A DNA stretch of 64,000 nt from Eutreptiella sp. 'Long Island Sound 2002'. Taxonomy: Eukaryota; Protista; Euglenida. Under the pieces are notes generated by a model. The model searched no databases and was not told the DNA's origin. It was given only the letters and a program-made list of their open reading frames with translations. The stretch spans positions 8,990,001 to 9,054,000 of the forward strand of contig OZ038379.1 of NCBI GenBank assembly GCA_964036045.1, read 5' to 3'. Positions 33,839 to 46,900 of this stretch are shown here, piece after piece (the first letter of the stretch is position 1; every line of letters starts with the position of its first letter). The translations under genes and the position numbers were made by a program.

Positions 33839-36800
33839 TTGGGGGTATGAGCCTTGGAACACAGTGCACAGAGACACGGTCATGAGCCTGGAAACCCCCC
33901 CCCCAAAGAAAAGAATACTGAACATATGCTGTGTTACATTCCACTCAGCAAACCCTCCCTGACCAGGTGATGGAATTGACAGACTCCACGGCCGAAATGG
34001 ATCGTGCTGCGATGGACTGCCTTTCTATTGCACACAGGTCCAGGTTCAGGTGCATGTGCTGGACCAGGTCAAGCAAATGCACCGGTGCGTGCAATCTGCA
34101 ACTTGAGGTGGCACGCCATGACGGTTAGGGAAGGCGGGCTTTCGCTTGCGGGGGGGGGGGGGGGGTCGATAGAGCACCCTGGCTAGACCCCCCCCAAAAA
34201 GGGGCTCAATTGACAGGACCCCCAAAATCCTATTGAGACTGACTCCCGGGCCGCGGAGGTGGCCCAGACCCAAAACTCGGCTCAAAATGAGGTTTTTGGA
34301 ATCAGCGCGTCGAGGGGGTTCAGAAAACACATCACTTGCCATGTACTTGGTGGGGGGGGGGGGGGGGATTGACCATTTTCAATGGTCAAAAAAAATTTTG
34401 GCGCCTTTGGCGCCAGAGTTCATAATCACTGATTAATGGTGTCCGTCAATTCTTCCCTTTTCCCAAACCTCCCCCTCCACTTTGGGGGGGCTCTATGGAT
34501 CCCCCTCCCCTCCACGCAAGTGAAAACCCGACTTCCCTTACCAGCTCCGACACATCACTCTGCCTCAGTTGCAGCGGCTGGGCGGTGAGGCGGGTTTGGG
34601 TGTGCGCGAGGACTACCCCGGTGACATGGGAGGTCACGCAAAGCCCCGTGAACTGAGCTTTTCGCCGGAAGCCATGTGCCTCTTGCGCGCCAACCCCTCC
34701 CCCCCTCGGTCCCACGGAACTATGCACGAATAGCACACAGGAGCGCGAGCATCGGCATCACCAAACCACAAAACCGAGGAGGACTCGTTGGAGTTGGAAA
34801 ACACGATTTTACAATTAGTCCAGAGGGATGTACGAAAGTCGGTTGGTGGGTTAGCACTCTGAGACAGTGTTGGCAGACAAGCTCCCCCGACGACACATGC
34901 AGCAGGGCTAAGGGGTCCTGGCAGCTCCACGGCCTCCTGAACCCTGCAGCCTGGTGGTAGGTATGCGCGCAGGCACACATAGGGAGACCCAAATGGTGCC
35001 AGAACCACATCCTGGGGTACTCTGGGGGGATGGGGGGGGTGCACCAGGATTTTTCTGTACGAGAAAATTTCAACGCTGGTTTATTTCGCAGGCAGTGTCA
35101 CATTTGCTGCAGGAATATTCACACCCACATGCTGTGAGCCTGCCTTTGGCAAGGCTAGACTTGCCATATTAAACTGTTTCTTGGCTTGTTTCAGCTCGTT
35201 TTTTGTGGGAATTCTGCTAGAAATGCTGTTTTTTCCTGGATATTGGATCCTTGCTTTTGCTATCCGGTCGTTTGCTGGGAATTGCAAGTGGTTGCTGGTC
35301 GCTGATACTTCCTGGTGGTTGTTGTTTATTCCTAATGGGTTGCTGTTGATTCCAAGAGGGTTGCTATTAGGTGCTGGTGGTGTGTTGTGAATTCCCAAAA
35401 GGGTTGCTGTTACTTCCGGGTGGCTTGTTGTTAATTCATGATGGGTTGCCATTGATTCCGGGAGGGTTGCTGTTAATTCCTGGAGGCTTGCACTTGTTCA
35501 TCTCAAAGTTGTTCCAAGATTGCACCATGCAACCCCTACATGGCACAATACTGCAGCTCCGGATCTACACCTGCACCTTTGGCAAATATGTCATCCAAAT
35601 AGGTCTTCAACACAGTGCTTGCCTCGTGGGTCAATTTTTCAGGCCCCCGGACTGGTACAGCCCTGAGTGGCCAAGTTTTGCCCCATTCATGCAAAGCACT
35701 GACAGATGGGCAAATTTTTCCCCATTCTTCAGTACACATTTCTTGTAACCGCCTACCAAGTACAATTTTGAAGCATCTCGCCGTTGATCGTCATCCCAAT
35801 CAGCCCATGCCTTTTTCAAATATGGAGCCCAACACGTTTCTCGGCGTGCTCCAGCGATGGCTTTCAAGTGCTGAACCTTCGCAGAAATCTTCTGGCGTTC
35901 GTTCATCTGTGTTGGGTTTGGGTGTCAAAAAACGAAGCATGGCGGAAAGAAAACTGCACAGTGTATGCAGAACCTGGGACAACTGTGCAAGAAAGGGATG
36001 AATCGACAGCGAGAGGCTTCGCACCTACAGAATTGGACTGTTGTGTGGCAAAGGCAACTGAACGACAAGCAGTTTTGCTAAATTTTGACACGAGTTTATT
36101 TCACATAGCGGCCTGAAAATTGTGTGGGAAATTTCGCACCCATTTGAAACGCAACGTAAATATCCACAGTGAAAAATTCCAGTCACGAAATCCCCCCCCC
36201 CCTGTAAGACATGAGGTCAACGGAGACTGGCAGGGCAGTCCATGTGGCCCTGGCTCAAGGAGTGGCGCCCACATAGGAGGTCTGCACAGTTCTGATGGGG
36301 TTAGATGGTCTTCTGCCGTGTTTGGGCCTGGCGGCCACAGGCCACAGGAATGCCCACCACAGCATATAGAGCCATACCTTCCAACCCCCTGACGCTCGGA
36401 GACACAGCTACTGACTTGGGTTCGGGTGTGAGAAGCGCAAAAGGGGCAGCTGGGGGACAACTCGGGGAAAGAGAAGGGCAAAGGCATAAAAGGTTGTTGA
36501 AGAGGAGGCTCAAGCGATAGAGAAGGGGAGGGAGCAGGGCGGAGAGGGGGGGGGGGGGATTAGCAAAAGAGAGGGGGAGGGGGGGGTGGGTCACGTCAGT
36601 TGTCAGGCCAACATCACTGATACATGACAGGCCCAATCCCCCTGTGAAGCCCTTGGCGGGTCAAGGCTCGCAAAGATTCAATGGTTGACTGGACGATGCT
36701 GCGCTCCCACTCTCTACCCAACCGCAACACTTCACAAGGCTGATGTAAGCTGATCGGCACATGAGGGCGCAAGGACGTGGAATGGCAACGACTTGAGGGG

Positions 36801-39800
36801 GGAGAGAATGAGAGCGCCAGAGCCAGGCTCATGACGGGCTCGCCACCTCTCAAGATACCCCTTCTTCGAGGTGAGGCCCTGCAGCTCCCTGTCCTCCATA
36901 GGTCTCACAGGCCCGACCGACGCGACGCGCATATTGGACTACCGAAACAGCGCTGGGCGACACATCAAATGTAGTCGTTCGGCACCACCGTTCCAACTCC
37001 CCAGAATCAGAGGATAAGAGGATAGGGGGGCCGGGGTGGGAAGGGCTGGCGCCACACCCCCAGCCCCAATAAAACCGGCATCAAACGCACAATGGAGCCC
37101 CAGTCTCTATGGGGATTTTTGGAGCAGACGCCCTGGCACAAACGGTTAACTGCGCAATATGCCTTCCATCGGGGACGCCGGGTGTGTACCGAATGATGGC
37201 GTGCATAGTGGAATCCTTGTGGGGCGGAGGCGTCATAGTGACGGCACTGAAGCCGGCAGCTTTCAGATGTTGCGTGGCTACGGACGCTGGAGGGGGTTGG
37301 GACTCGGGGGGGGGGCACGAGGCGCCTTGCGACACCTTTTACTTCGGCGCAGTGCTGTGAACAGTCAATGTAAAGTCAAAGATGTAGGGAAGGGGCCACA
37401 CTGTGGGATCCCACAGGGGCACTGTACTATGAACGGTGGGCAACTGGCGATGGGGGGGGGGGGGGACTCAACCCAGCGGTTAATCAATCACCCCCGGAAG
37501 ATGGGGCAGAGGGCTTCCCGGGCCTGGCCTTCACAAGGCTGGAGCCACCCCAATTCCTGGAGCCCGACGCCATTCAGACGGCGGCCGGTCCCCCATTTGC
37601 ACGGCCTGTCTGTCCCAGGGGAATGGATCACGAATACAACCAAGTACACTATCCTTTTCGTATAGAGCCCGTTCAATGGCCCACGGTCCTCCCGGAGGGT
37701 CCGACGCAGCTCGGGCAGAGGCCTGCTCTCAACCTTCGAAAGTTGCAGGAGCACAACCCATGGCAGAAACCCGAACCCCACGGCAATTTCATTGCTGATA
37801 CAGACCATACGCACACACCAGCGGTCAGCCGCATGAGGGCACTGGGAGGGGGTTCCAGGCCCGACATCGGTAGTGCACGCCACATGACTCCGTTCAATGG
37901 TGGCTGACTCGCAGTGCTCTGCTGCAGTCCAACTCCGTACGCCCTGCTCTAGCCCCACTGGCTGCCCTCTGCCATCCCAGCCCCTGTGTCCCATTCCCTG
38001 CCCACATGCTCCCAGCGTTTGACTTCCGCAGGGAGGGCAGGAGAGCACGGGGAGTGAGACTGCAACAGGGCACAGAGAGTGGGACCGCAGCATGGACTGC
38101 AGAGCACAGGGGAGGGGGACGGCAACAGCGGATGTGGTGGGCACGGCAGCGGGTGTGTACGGTATGCCTTCGGGAAGTGGGCCTTCCGCATTGGGCCTGC
38201 GGGGCATGACTGCCACATGGGGCCTCAACCCACTGCCCGCGGTTGGCAGTTGGGTGCTTGGGGTAAGACTCAGGGAGACATACCGACGGTGGGGGACACC
38301 AAATACACCGAACCCCAGGGCAAGCGCATGTCCCAGACTGGGCCACGAGCACGCCACCCCAAAGAGGTTGCAGGGCAAGGGCCAGCACTGAGGGCAGCCC
38401 GGGGGTGTACCATGAGGGTTGGTTGTGTGCCGTTGCTTCGTCGGGTGTGTTGGTGGGCGGTGTCCAGTGCCACGGTTCTTGCGGAACCTGCGTGTGAATC
38501 GACGTCATCTGTGTCTCTCAAGGGTGAGGGAGAAGAGGGGGCGGGGGGGCTGCAAAGCGTAACACCGTGAGACATGGCGTGAAATTCTGAATAAGAAAGG
38601 GGGGGGGGGTTGCCATAAAGGCTGAGTTGACTTGTTGGGGGGGGGGGGGGCGGTGGGGAGGCCATCCGGGGAGGGCGGAAGTTCAAGGGAGGGGGGGGTC
38701 CGCTCATGCGGCGTCAATGTTCGTGGTTGTGTGGGTCACCCATGGCCTCCCCGGAGGTGCACATGCCAGTCTTTCCTCATTTCATGGCGACACAAACTCT
38801 CGTCCTTCAATCCTGGGCCAACTGGGTAGGAATTTGGGCTGTCTCGGTCGGAGTGTGGGCCATCTCGGTATGAATTTGAGCCACTGTGTACAGCCATGGG
38901 ACAAAACGCCCATGCTTCAAATGGCGTGAAAACATGGTTACTAAGAAAGGGGGGGCGGGATATGCAAAACCCGCATAGCGTGCCTCCGCAGATCAGATCG
39001 GGAGAGGAACCGCAGGAGACGCGCTGGTTAGGGTCAGATGTTGGTCCCACTGCACACCGCGGGCAGTGTGCTGCTGCGGTGGCCGCTCCCTTGCCGGCGC
39101 CCGCAGAGGCTTCACATGCAGCCATTCCCATGGCCGTGCATTGGGGAGGGTGCTCTCCACCCCCGTCTCTGCTGCAGTCAATGGGACAAAAGGGCCAAGA
39201 GGATCACCAAGTGGTACCCATCGGTGGTGCGGTGCATTCCAGGCTCTGTGCCCTGAGTGTTGCTGCTGGCCGATGCACCCACCAGCACCAGTGGACTCAT
39301 TGCCCTCCCCCTTCCCAAACCCACACAGACGTCATTCGGGTTTAGGGTAGAGGTCAAAAGTGTTGAAAAAGCAAGACATCGGAACGCCGAGTGGAGGACG
39401 GCGTGAGAACATCCGGTGGCCCTCCATACCGCCCGGTGGCCTCTGGCCCTCGACACCCACAAAAAAACAGATCGTCGATTGGCCCCCAAAGCGCCCGCAA
39501 CGGACGGGCAGTCGTCGGTTGTCACAACGCCCCATCACTTGGCAAAGTGGGCGGACCACTGCCGTCGGTTTCGGGGGTGTTCAGGGGGTTTTCTCGCATA
39601 TCCACACGCCCTGCGGCGGCGGGGTTGACAGGGCATTCTACGCGTGGCACACGCACTCGTGCACCGTGACCCCCTGCAGATCTTCGCGAAATGCGCCCCG
39701 CCGGCAGGTACCGGCTCTCCCTCACGCCGAGGGCTGAGCGCACCGGCAGGACCTTGCATGGGCGCGGTGAGGATGGGGGAAGGGGGGGGGGTCTCAGGGG

Positions 39801-40749
39801 GGGGGGGGGTCTCGCCCCCCCTGTGTGACATTCCGTCTCGCCCCCCCCCCCCCCCCCGCGGAATGTCCCCAAAAGGCGTAGGAAAGAACAAAACTTGGTG
39901 GGCAGTGACCCCATCGGCACATGGAACTGTGGTGCTTTTGGAGTGGGCAGTGGTGTTGTTGTGACGCGTTGGGCCCTCTTGGGGGTGCAGCCCGTGCGGG
40001 ACCGGGCACTGATGCGGGGGCTGTGCGTGACAGAGACACGCGCGATGTACCGGGGCACTGGGGCGTGGCGTGCTGCCCCGTGTGCGCCTGCAGTGGACCG
40101 CATCCATCGTGGTCTTGTGGAGCCACTGTCCCAAACCGGCGGAGGGTGGCCATGGGTACACACAAAGGCAACGTGGAAGTTGTGTTCTGCGCACGCTACG
40201 CTCTTGATCCCGCAACTCGTGAGCGGGGCAGCGGCCCGACCGGGAGGCTCAAGCACAAAGTCAGCGAGCGCTGGGGCATTGCATTGCGGAACAGAAATAC
40301 CGTTTGGGTAGATATCAAATACGAAGGCCCCTCCTCAATGTGCGCCGAAGGCGCTGAGAAGAAGTCTTTGGTGTCACCGAGAAACGTCCTGAAACCCCTG
40401 ATTTTCAGCTGACGGGATGGGGGGTAGCCCCCCAACCCCACGGCTGCCGGAATGGCGATTCAAGCAAGTCCCTGCCGGACCAGTTCCGCTGCGACACACC
40501 AACTATTGGTCAAAAATCTGCGGGGGTGGGGGGGGCTGTCACGTGTTACAGATCGGGCCGGACGGCCCCCGTGTGCTTTCCCGAATAGCCTGCCTCACCG
40601 TAAGTCACCGAACGGGGGTTTGGTACTGCAGGACACCTGCTCCTCCGCGCACCTTCACCGGAGCACCTGCGTGTCCACATGCCCCAACTTCATTGTGCCA
40701 CGCCACCCGTTCACCCCGTCGCCCCCGTGCCCCCGCTCGCCCGGCGCCC

Positions 40750-40992
40750 CTACGCATCCTCGTCAGTGTCGCTGTCCTCGGACTCGGAGTCTTTCTTGTC
40801 GTCGAAGTGCACGAGCAGTTTCCTCTCGCGATACCAGTGCTCGCCCTGTTTCTCGGTGACGGCCGTTTCGGTGAGGTCCAGGTAGTGCAGGCCCCAGAAC
40901 TGTGGGGCGAGGCGAATGGGCGGTCCGGGGCGGTCCGGAGGCGGGGGCACAGGAGACGGGCTGTCCACAAGGGGAAAGCGGTTGGTGGCGCC
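40750..40992 (-). CDS. LRR gene, probable last exon (GATNRF...LHYLDLTET...DSESEDSDTDEDA*)
   Basis: GTACAG|GGC acceptor in phase 0, GC-rich coding-like sequence, ends in TAG. Intervening small exons are not excluded. Confidence 0.6.
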   Translation of the reverse strand, partial: GATNRFPLVDSPSPVPPPPDRPGPPIRLAPQFWGLHYLDLTETAVTEKQGEHWYRERKLLVHFDDKKDSESEDSDTDEDA

Positions 40993-43900
40993 CTGTACAA
41001 CGACACGCACCATCTCCAAAGCAGGTGGGACATGTGCGGCGGGCCCTGCCCATGTTCAACAAAGCCCTCTCACAAGAGCTTCCGGAACCGGATCACTCGA
41101 AGGCGCGTTTGGGGGCGAAGCCTCGTGAAGGTGAGTCAGCGAAGGTGTGGGTGGGACCTTGGGCACACGTACACCGTCACACACAGCCCCCCACCAAGAG
41201 CCACTGGATGGCAACCTCTCGAAGGCGCATGAGATCAAATAGGAGGGGGAAGGAAAGAAGATGCAATGGGTGTGTGAAGTACGCACTGCAAAAACGCACT
41301 GTCAGAACGAGGGCCGGCTGCATATCTGCTTTTCGACCACAAGGGGGGGGGGGGGGTTGGCACAAGGCCTCGGTATCTGATTGTTTGCCTTTGGCGGCGC
41401 CTATTGGCCTCTCGCCACTGCTCATTCTGACCCTCTGTGGGCCCAAACGTGTTTTGGTTGTGTCAACGGAGCCCCTGGATGACTTGTCCTGTTTGACTAC
41501 TCTAGGGTCGGCTGTCCCGGAGACGGGCTGTTGCCCGTGCCGTTGACCAGGTGCATCCAGATGCACACTCCGAGTCCATGCTGGGTTTGCCGACTCCAGC
41601 ACTGACTTGAGCGCGCTGGGGTGTGCATCTGCAATATAATTTTCCTGACAGGTGCTTCTAACAACCACAATGATTCTTTCCCATTTTTCCTTTCCTTGTT
41701 CTCCTTTTGCGCTCTGCACCGTTTTCGGCGAGCACGGTCTGCCCTGTCCTGTTACCCTCCTTGGTTCGTCCCTTTCCCCCTGCCCTGTTTCTTCCCCGCC
41801 CTCTCCATTCTTTCTGCCCTGGGGGGCATTGGGTGGCGGGGGTGCATGTTGCTGTAGGGAGGGGGTAGGGGAGGGGGCGGGGGAGGGGGAGTGGGAGTGG
41901 GTTCGTCTCTCCCTGCCCCCTCCTTCCCCTTGAGGAGGGAGATCCTGGCTCAAGGGGGCTCCTTGTTGGTGTCGGTGTGCTTGGTGTGGGTGGTTTTGGC
42001 CATTTGCTTCTGCTGGCCCACATATCCCAGTCTGTCCTGGGCGTAGTTGCATGCTGTTTGCTGGCATGGTGGCCTTAGCTGGCGCGGCGGTGGTAGACCA
42101 TGCACATAGCGCCCGCCGTCAGTCTAAGGGTTCGGGACTGGGGCTAGTTCCCCTTCGTACGCGTCCCCGCCAGGGGGGGCATACCGGTCGAACGCGCTGT
42201 GAACGGTGTGTTTTGGGGAGGCGTGCCTCTGGGCTGCAGACGCGCGATGCTTCGACGGTGCAGTGTTCCCGCTGCTCCCCTTTCATCGAGCCTCAGGGTG
42301 TTTCTGCGCCCACTGGACTCACAGGGGGGGGGGGGGGTAGCATCGAGGGAGCTGTTGTCCCCTCACTGTGCGATGCAAAAGCTCCATCAGACTTCGAAGA
42401 AGGACGACAGATGGCGGGGAACCGACGGTGAGTTGTGGTCAACTGACGGCATTCCGTCGGCAACACACAGCACGTGGCGACACCCGCTACCCGGGGCGCT
42501 GCACCGCCGGCGGCTGCCAATCGACCGGCGCGCTGTGCAGTCCGGCGCGGCCGGCTGAGGACCGCCGGTGGTTGCCCATTGTCAGTCGGTTGGCAAGCGA
42601 TGGTCCGAGCGGCGACCGCTTTCATCAAAAGACACAAAATCAAAAGGACACCACCACCACCAGCACCACCAACAACAACAACAACACCACCAGCAAACAA
42701 CGAGAACAACAACAGCAGCAACGGACAACACGAGCAACAGCAACAAAGCGAGGCTGTCCTCCAAACCACAAGCGGCTCTACCACATTCTGTCTGTCGCAT
42801 CAGAGTCCACCGTAGCCGTGGCTGTTTCAGTAAGTGCAGGGATCTTGGACTTGGACACAAAGCAATGGCAGCGCCTCCAATGCACTGTTACTGATCCTCC
42901 GGGGCGTGTGCTGGTGCGGCGACCGCAGGGGGTAAGCCACCTATTCCCCAGGCCCTGACCCCCTGTGCAGTATCGATCTGGTCCTGATGGACGGCCCTAT
43001 GCGCCGGCGGTTCACCGCCAACTGCCAGCAATCAAGTGCCATGTACCAGCAAGTAAAGGGCCCAAAATGTGTTCATTGAACATCGGTTCATGGAACATCG
43101 ACTGCTACCAATTGCTGTCAGTTGAATGCCGCTTGTCGTCAGGGGGGCAAGTGGTGCTTGTTTCTTGCCTCGGCTGGGACAGCTCACGCAACGAAGGAAG
43201 AAAAATCAAGCTCACAGTCGAAAGTGTGAGGCAGGCTGACCTGCTCGTGGTGGGTCTCTAAGAGGGACCAGGCATCGTTGTTGATCTTCTCGTTTCGACA
43301 GAGATGCAGGCGCTGCAACGTGGTGTTGGTGCTCAGCATCGAGACCACGTACATCACCCCGGTGATGGTGATCATATTCTCACTCAGATCCAGCAGCCTC
43401 AACTGCACAAAGAGGGGCATGCGCTTGCACTCGGACATGCATCAGGCTTTCGGATCATGCGTGACCGGCAACGATCCCGTGTGACGCAGCGCATGTGCCG
43501 CGTGTGGTCACGGGTGCAAATGCGGCTGTGAATCACGCTTTTGATCAGTGTGTACCTGGGGGCTGTCTGGGAGGGCGCGGGGCCTGTGTGGGAGGGTGCG
43601 AGGCCTATCCGGGAGGATGTGAGGGTTTCTGGGTCCGGTTTTAAGTGACATGTGAGGCATCGTTGGCCACATACCACCGGGGGAATAATTTGAGGGGGCT
43701 GTTTTTTTTTTTTTGAGAGGGCCAAAATTGGGGGGAGAATTTTGGTACTACTCCTTAGAAATGAAGGGAAATTTTAGTATAAGGTCCCTTGCTGTTGTTT
43801 CCTGATGGGCTCTGGATGGTTACTGCTATTTCTGGATGGGCTCTGGGTGGTTGCTGTTGTTTCCTGGTGGGTCCTGGATGCTTCCTGTCATGTATGTATG

Positions 43901-46900
43901 TAGCACGCAGAAAGTCCCCCTTGCAGTCCAGCACACACATTGTGGCACATGGCATCCTTAAAATTGAAGAAAATATTGAGTACGAGGCAGGGCTTCCAAT
44001 TTCGTCCACATCAATTTTGTCCGCATCTAAATTTTTCCTCCCGTGGTGGGGCCAAGGTACGCACGAGCGAGTGTGCACGCGTGACTGCAAGCACAGTGCG
44101 AGCAGAACAGTGTGACTACCAACGCCAGTCCGAGCGTGTGAGTGTGGGTGCGAGCGTAATTGCTTGAAAGCACGATTGGGTGCTGGAGCCCTTGTGTGTG
44201 CGAAGGGTCCGAAGGCTCGCCCTTGCGCCCTTTCTTCCTTGCAAGCGGGAGAGGGGGGACGGTGCAATCGGTGGCAGGAGGGGAAGGGGGTCGCACGAAG
44301 GGGCACCTGGATGTTGCGGTTCAGGGCATCGCAAATGACACAAACGCCATCGTCTCCGATCAAATTGTGCTGCACGTACAAAATCTGCAGTTTGCAGTCC
44401 TCATTGTCCAAGATTTTGCTCAGCTGCGCAGCGCAGAGGAGGAGTAGGATATGTGCAGGGGTTTACCTCGAGGAATTCAGGGCTTCGGAGTGGCGTCCGG
44501 AGATGCGGGAAGGAATCTGGACCAAGCGGGGGGAGGGCGAAATCCCAACTTCGAATTGTTCTTGGGCGTCAGCCGTTTTTCATCTTTAAATACGTGTACT
44601 TGTTTCACATAAAACGCAATTCTGCGCCTCTTTTCGGCTTCTAGTGTTCTATTTGGCATACTGACATGATATCTGACATCTTTGACATGATATTTGACTT
44701 CGTGACCAAGTGAGAATTCACCTTGTTGAACTTCATCACCATCCTTCTCCTTCGATTGATTTGAATTCCTCCTTGTATGGGAACTGTCTCTGTTTTCTTG
44801 CAGCATTACAGCGCAAAGCCAATTGGGTTTCTTTGTCCATGCCCCGCCCTCAGCCCACGGCGAGCCTGGGTCCCCGCACAGACTACTCGCACCTTGGGGG
44901 CTTGGGAAGCTGTCGAGCCCTCCAATCCCAATCCATCCCTTGGTTGCTACAACGCAGCAACAGCCCCTTTGCAGCCAAAGAGCAGCTGAGTTGTGGCCCG
45001 CCAATCACAGGCGGTGTGCACCATGATATGCGGCAGTGTGCTTGCCACAATGCACCCATCCAGCCATCATCCCCTCCACTGCCCTCCCACCAACAACGGT
45101 TCTGGGCCACTACCAGTCCCAAGGATGTTCCTGCGGGAGGGAAAAGCTGCTTTGCGGGAGGGAAAAGGCCACTTGTCCCGTGACAGCGAAAAAGCCTGCT
45201 GCCCTGCGGCAGCCAAAGGGCCAGCTACTTCCTGGCAGCAAAAAGGCCGGCTGCTCTGCAGCAGCAGAAATGCCTGCTTCTTCGCAGCAGGCCACAGGCC
45301 GTGCTGTGTGGCAGCAAAAGGGCCTGTTGCTCTTTGGCAGACAAAACGCAAGAGGCTGTGTGAAAGCCACAGGGGCGGCAACTTCATGGCAGCAAACCGG
45401 CCTGGCCAAAGGGCCTGCTCCTCTGTGGCAGCAAAACAGCGGGTGCTCTATGGCAGCCAAAAGACCGGGCCGTCTGTTGCCGCCCAAAAGTCGGCGAAAA
45501 GAGACGGCTTGCTGTGTGTTGCTCTGTGTTGGCAGAAGGCTGGCAGCCCAGGCATCAGGGAGGGAGGGAGGGAGGGAGGGAGGGAGGGAGGAAGGGAGGG
45601 AGGGATGGAGGGAGGGAGGGAGGGAGGGAGGGATGGAGGGAGGGAGGGAGGGAGGGAGGGAGGGAGGGATGGAGGGAGGGAGGGAGGGAGGGAGGGATGG
45701 AGGGAGGGAGGGAGGGAGGGAGGGAGGGAGGGAGGGAGGGAGGGAGGGAGGGAGGGAGGGAGGGAGGGAGGATTACAGAGGGAAACGGAGGAAGGCATGA
45801 AAAAACAGACATGAGTGAGGGAGAAAACGCACCTTGACTGCACCGGGAACGTTGATATTGTTGGTGGATATGTTCATAATGCTGAGGTTCTTGGGGAACC
45901 CGTGGATGTGGTCGATGCCGACGCAGAAGTTCCGGGAGAGGTTCAAAGAGGTCAACGACGTGTTCGCGCACGCCGCAGTGCAAAGCAGTTCCGAGATCCC
46001 TTCGACAGGCCAACAGAGAGTACAGTCCCGTGCAAACGCACAGCTACGACCCGACACACTCCTCTTGGACGCCCCGCCATCGGGTGCACGCACTACCGCC
46101 GCAACACTGCCACACCTTGCGGCCCCCGGCCTTTGCCCAGTGGTGGAGCAGGGGAGCTGAAAAATGGGGCTGGGTACTACTGGCATGACCCAAGAGTGTG
46201 GCTGGGTCGTGCGCTGCCCAACACGTGGGACAGCATCCTACTGAGCCGAGAACTGCGACGAATGGGAGAGGTTGCCCTCACCCGCCCTCCCAAGCAAGCA
46301 ATGGCCTGCCGCCGCCTCGCTTGCGCGGTCTGCTGCAACAACTGTAACTCATGGCCCTCGGCCAGCGCCCCATCCAAAAAGAAGAGGGAAACTCAGTGAC
46401 AATGCGCCCGCTCCAAAAGATGCAGAATTGTTGTGGGGAAATGCAGCAATGGAGAGCTGGTGGCAATCAACAAACGACAGCAATGTTCAAGGAAGCGCTG
46501 CGGTTGGTGGTTAACCGGCAGCGGTTGTATGCTGAGAGTGCTGAAGAATGCCGGTACTACCGGTGCTGGTTGTCCAGATCCTTCCTGTGGGGCATGCGGT
46601 GCATATCTGAAAAGGCTGCGTGACGGGACGTGTTACAGGCTTTGAAATTGCAACGCAACACCAGGAGTCTGAAGACGAGTGGCACAATCATGTCTCACTT
46701 CAGCATCCGAGTACAGCTACATGCCATGCAGCTCTGTGCTTGCGTCCTGAGGACCCGGGGGGGGGGGGGGGGTGGCTCAGGCCACTCACCTCGTTCCCTG
46801 AGGACAGGACGGAGCAAGCTACTTCCCGGCTTCTGAATCCATTGCCAGCAAAATACCTTCTGCTCGGAGTCGATTGCAACTCAGATCCAGCCTCCGCAAG

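Noticed and set aside
45036-46013. ORFs with GGRE/PPSL repeats
   Set aside because: Translation of the (GGAG)n microsatellite.
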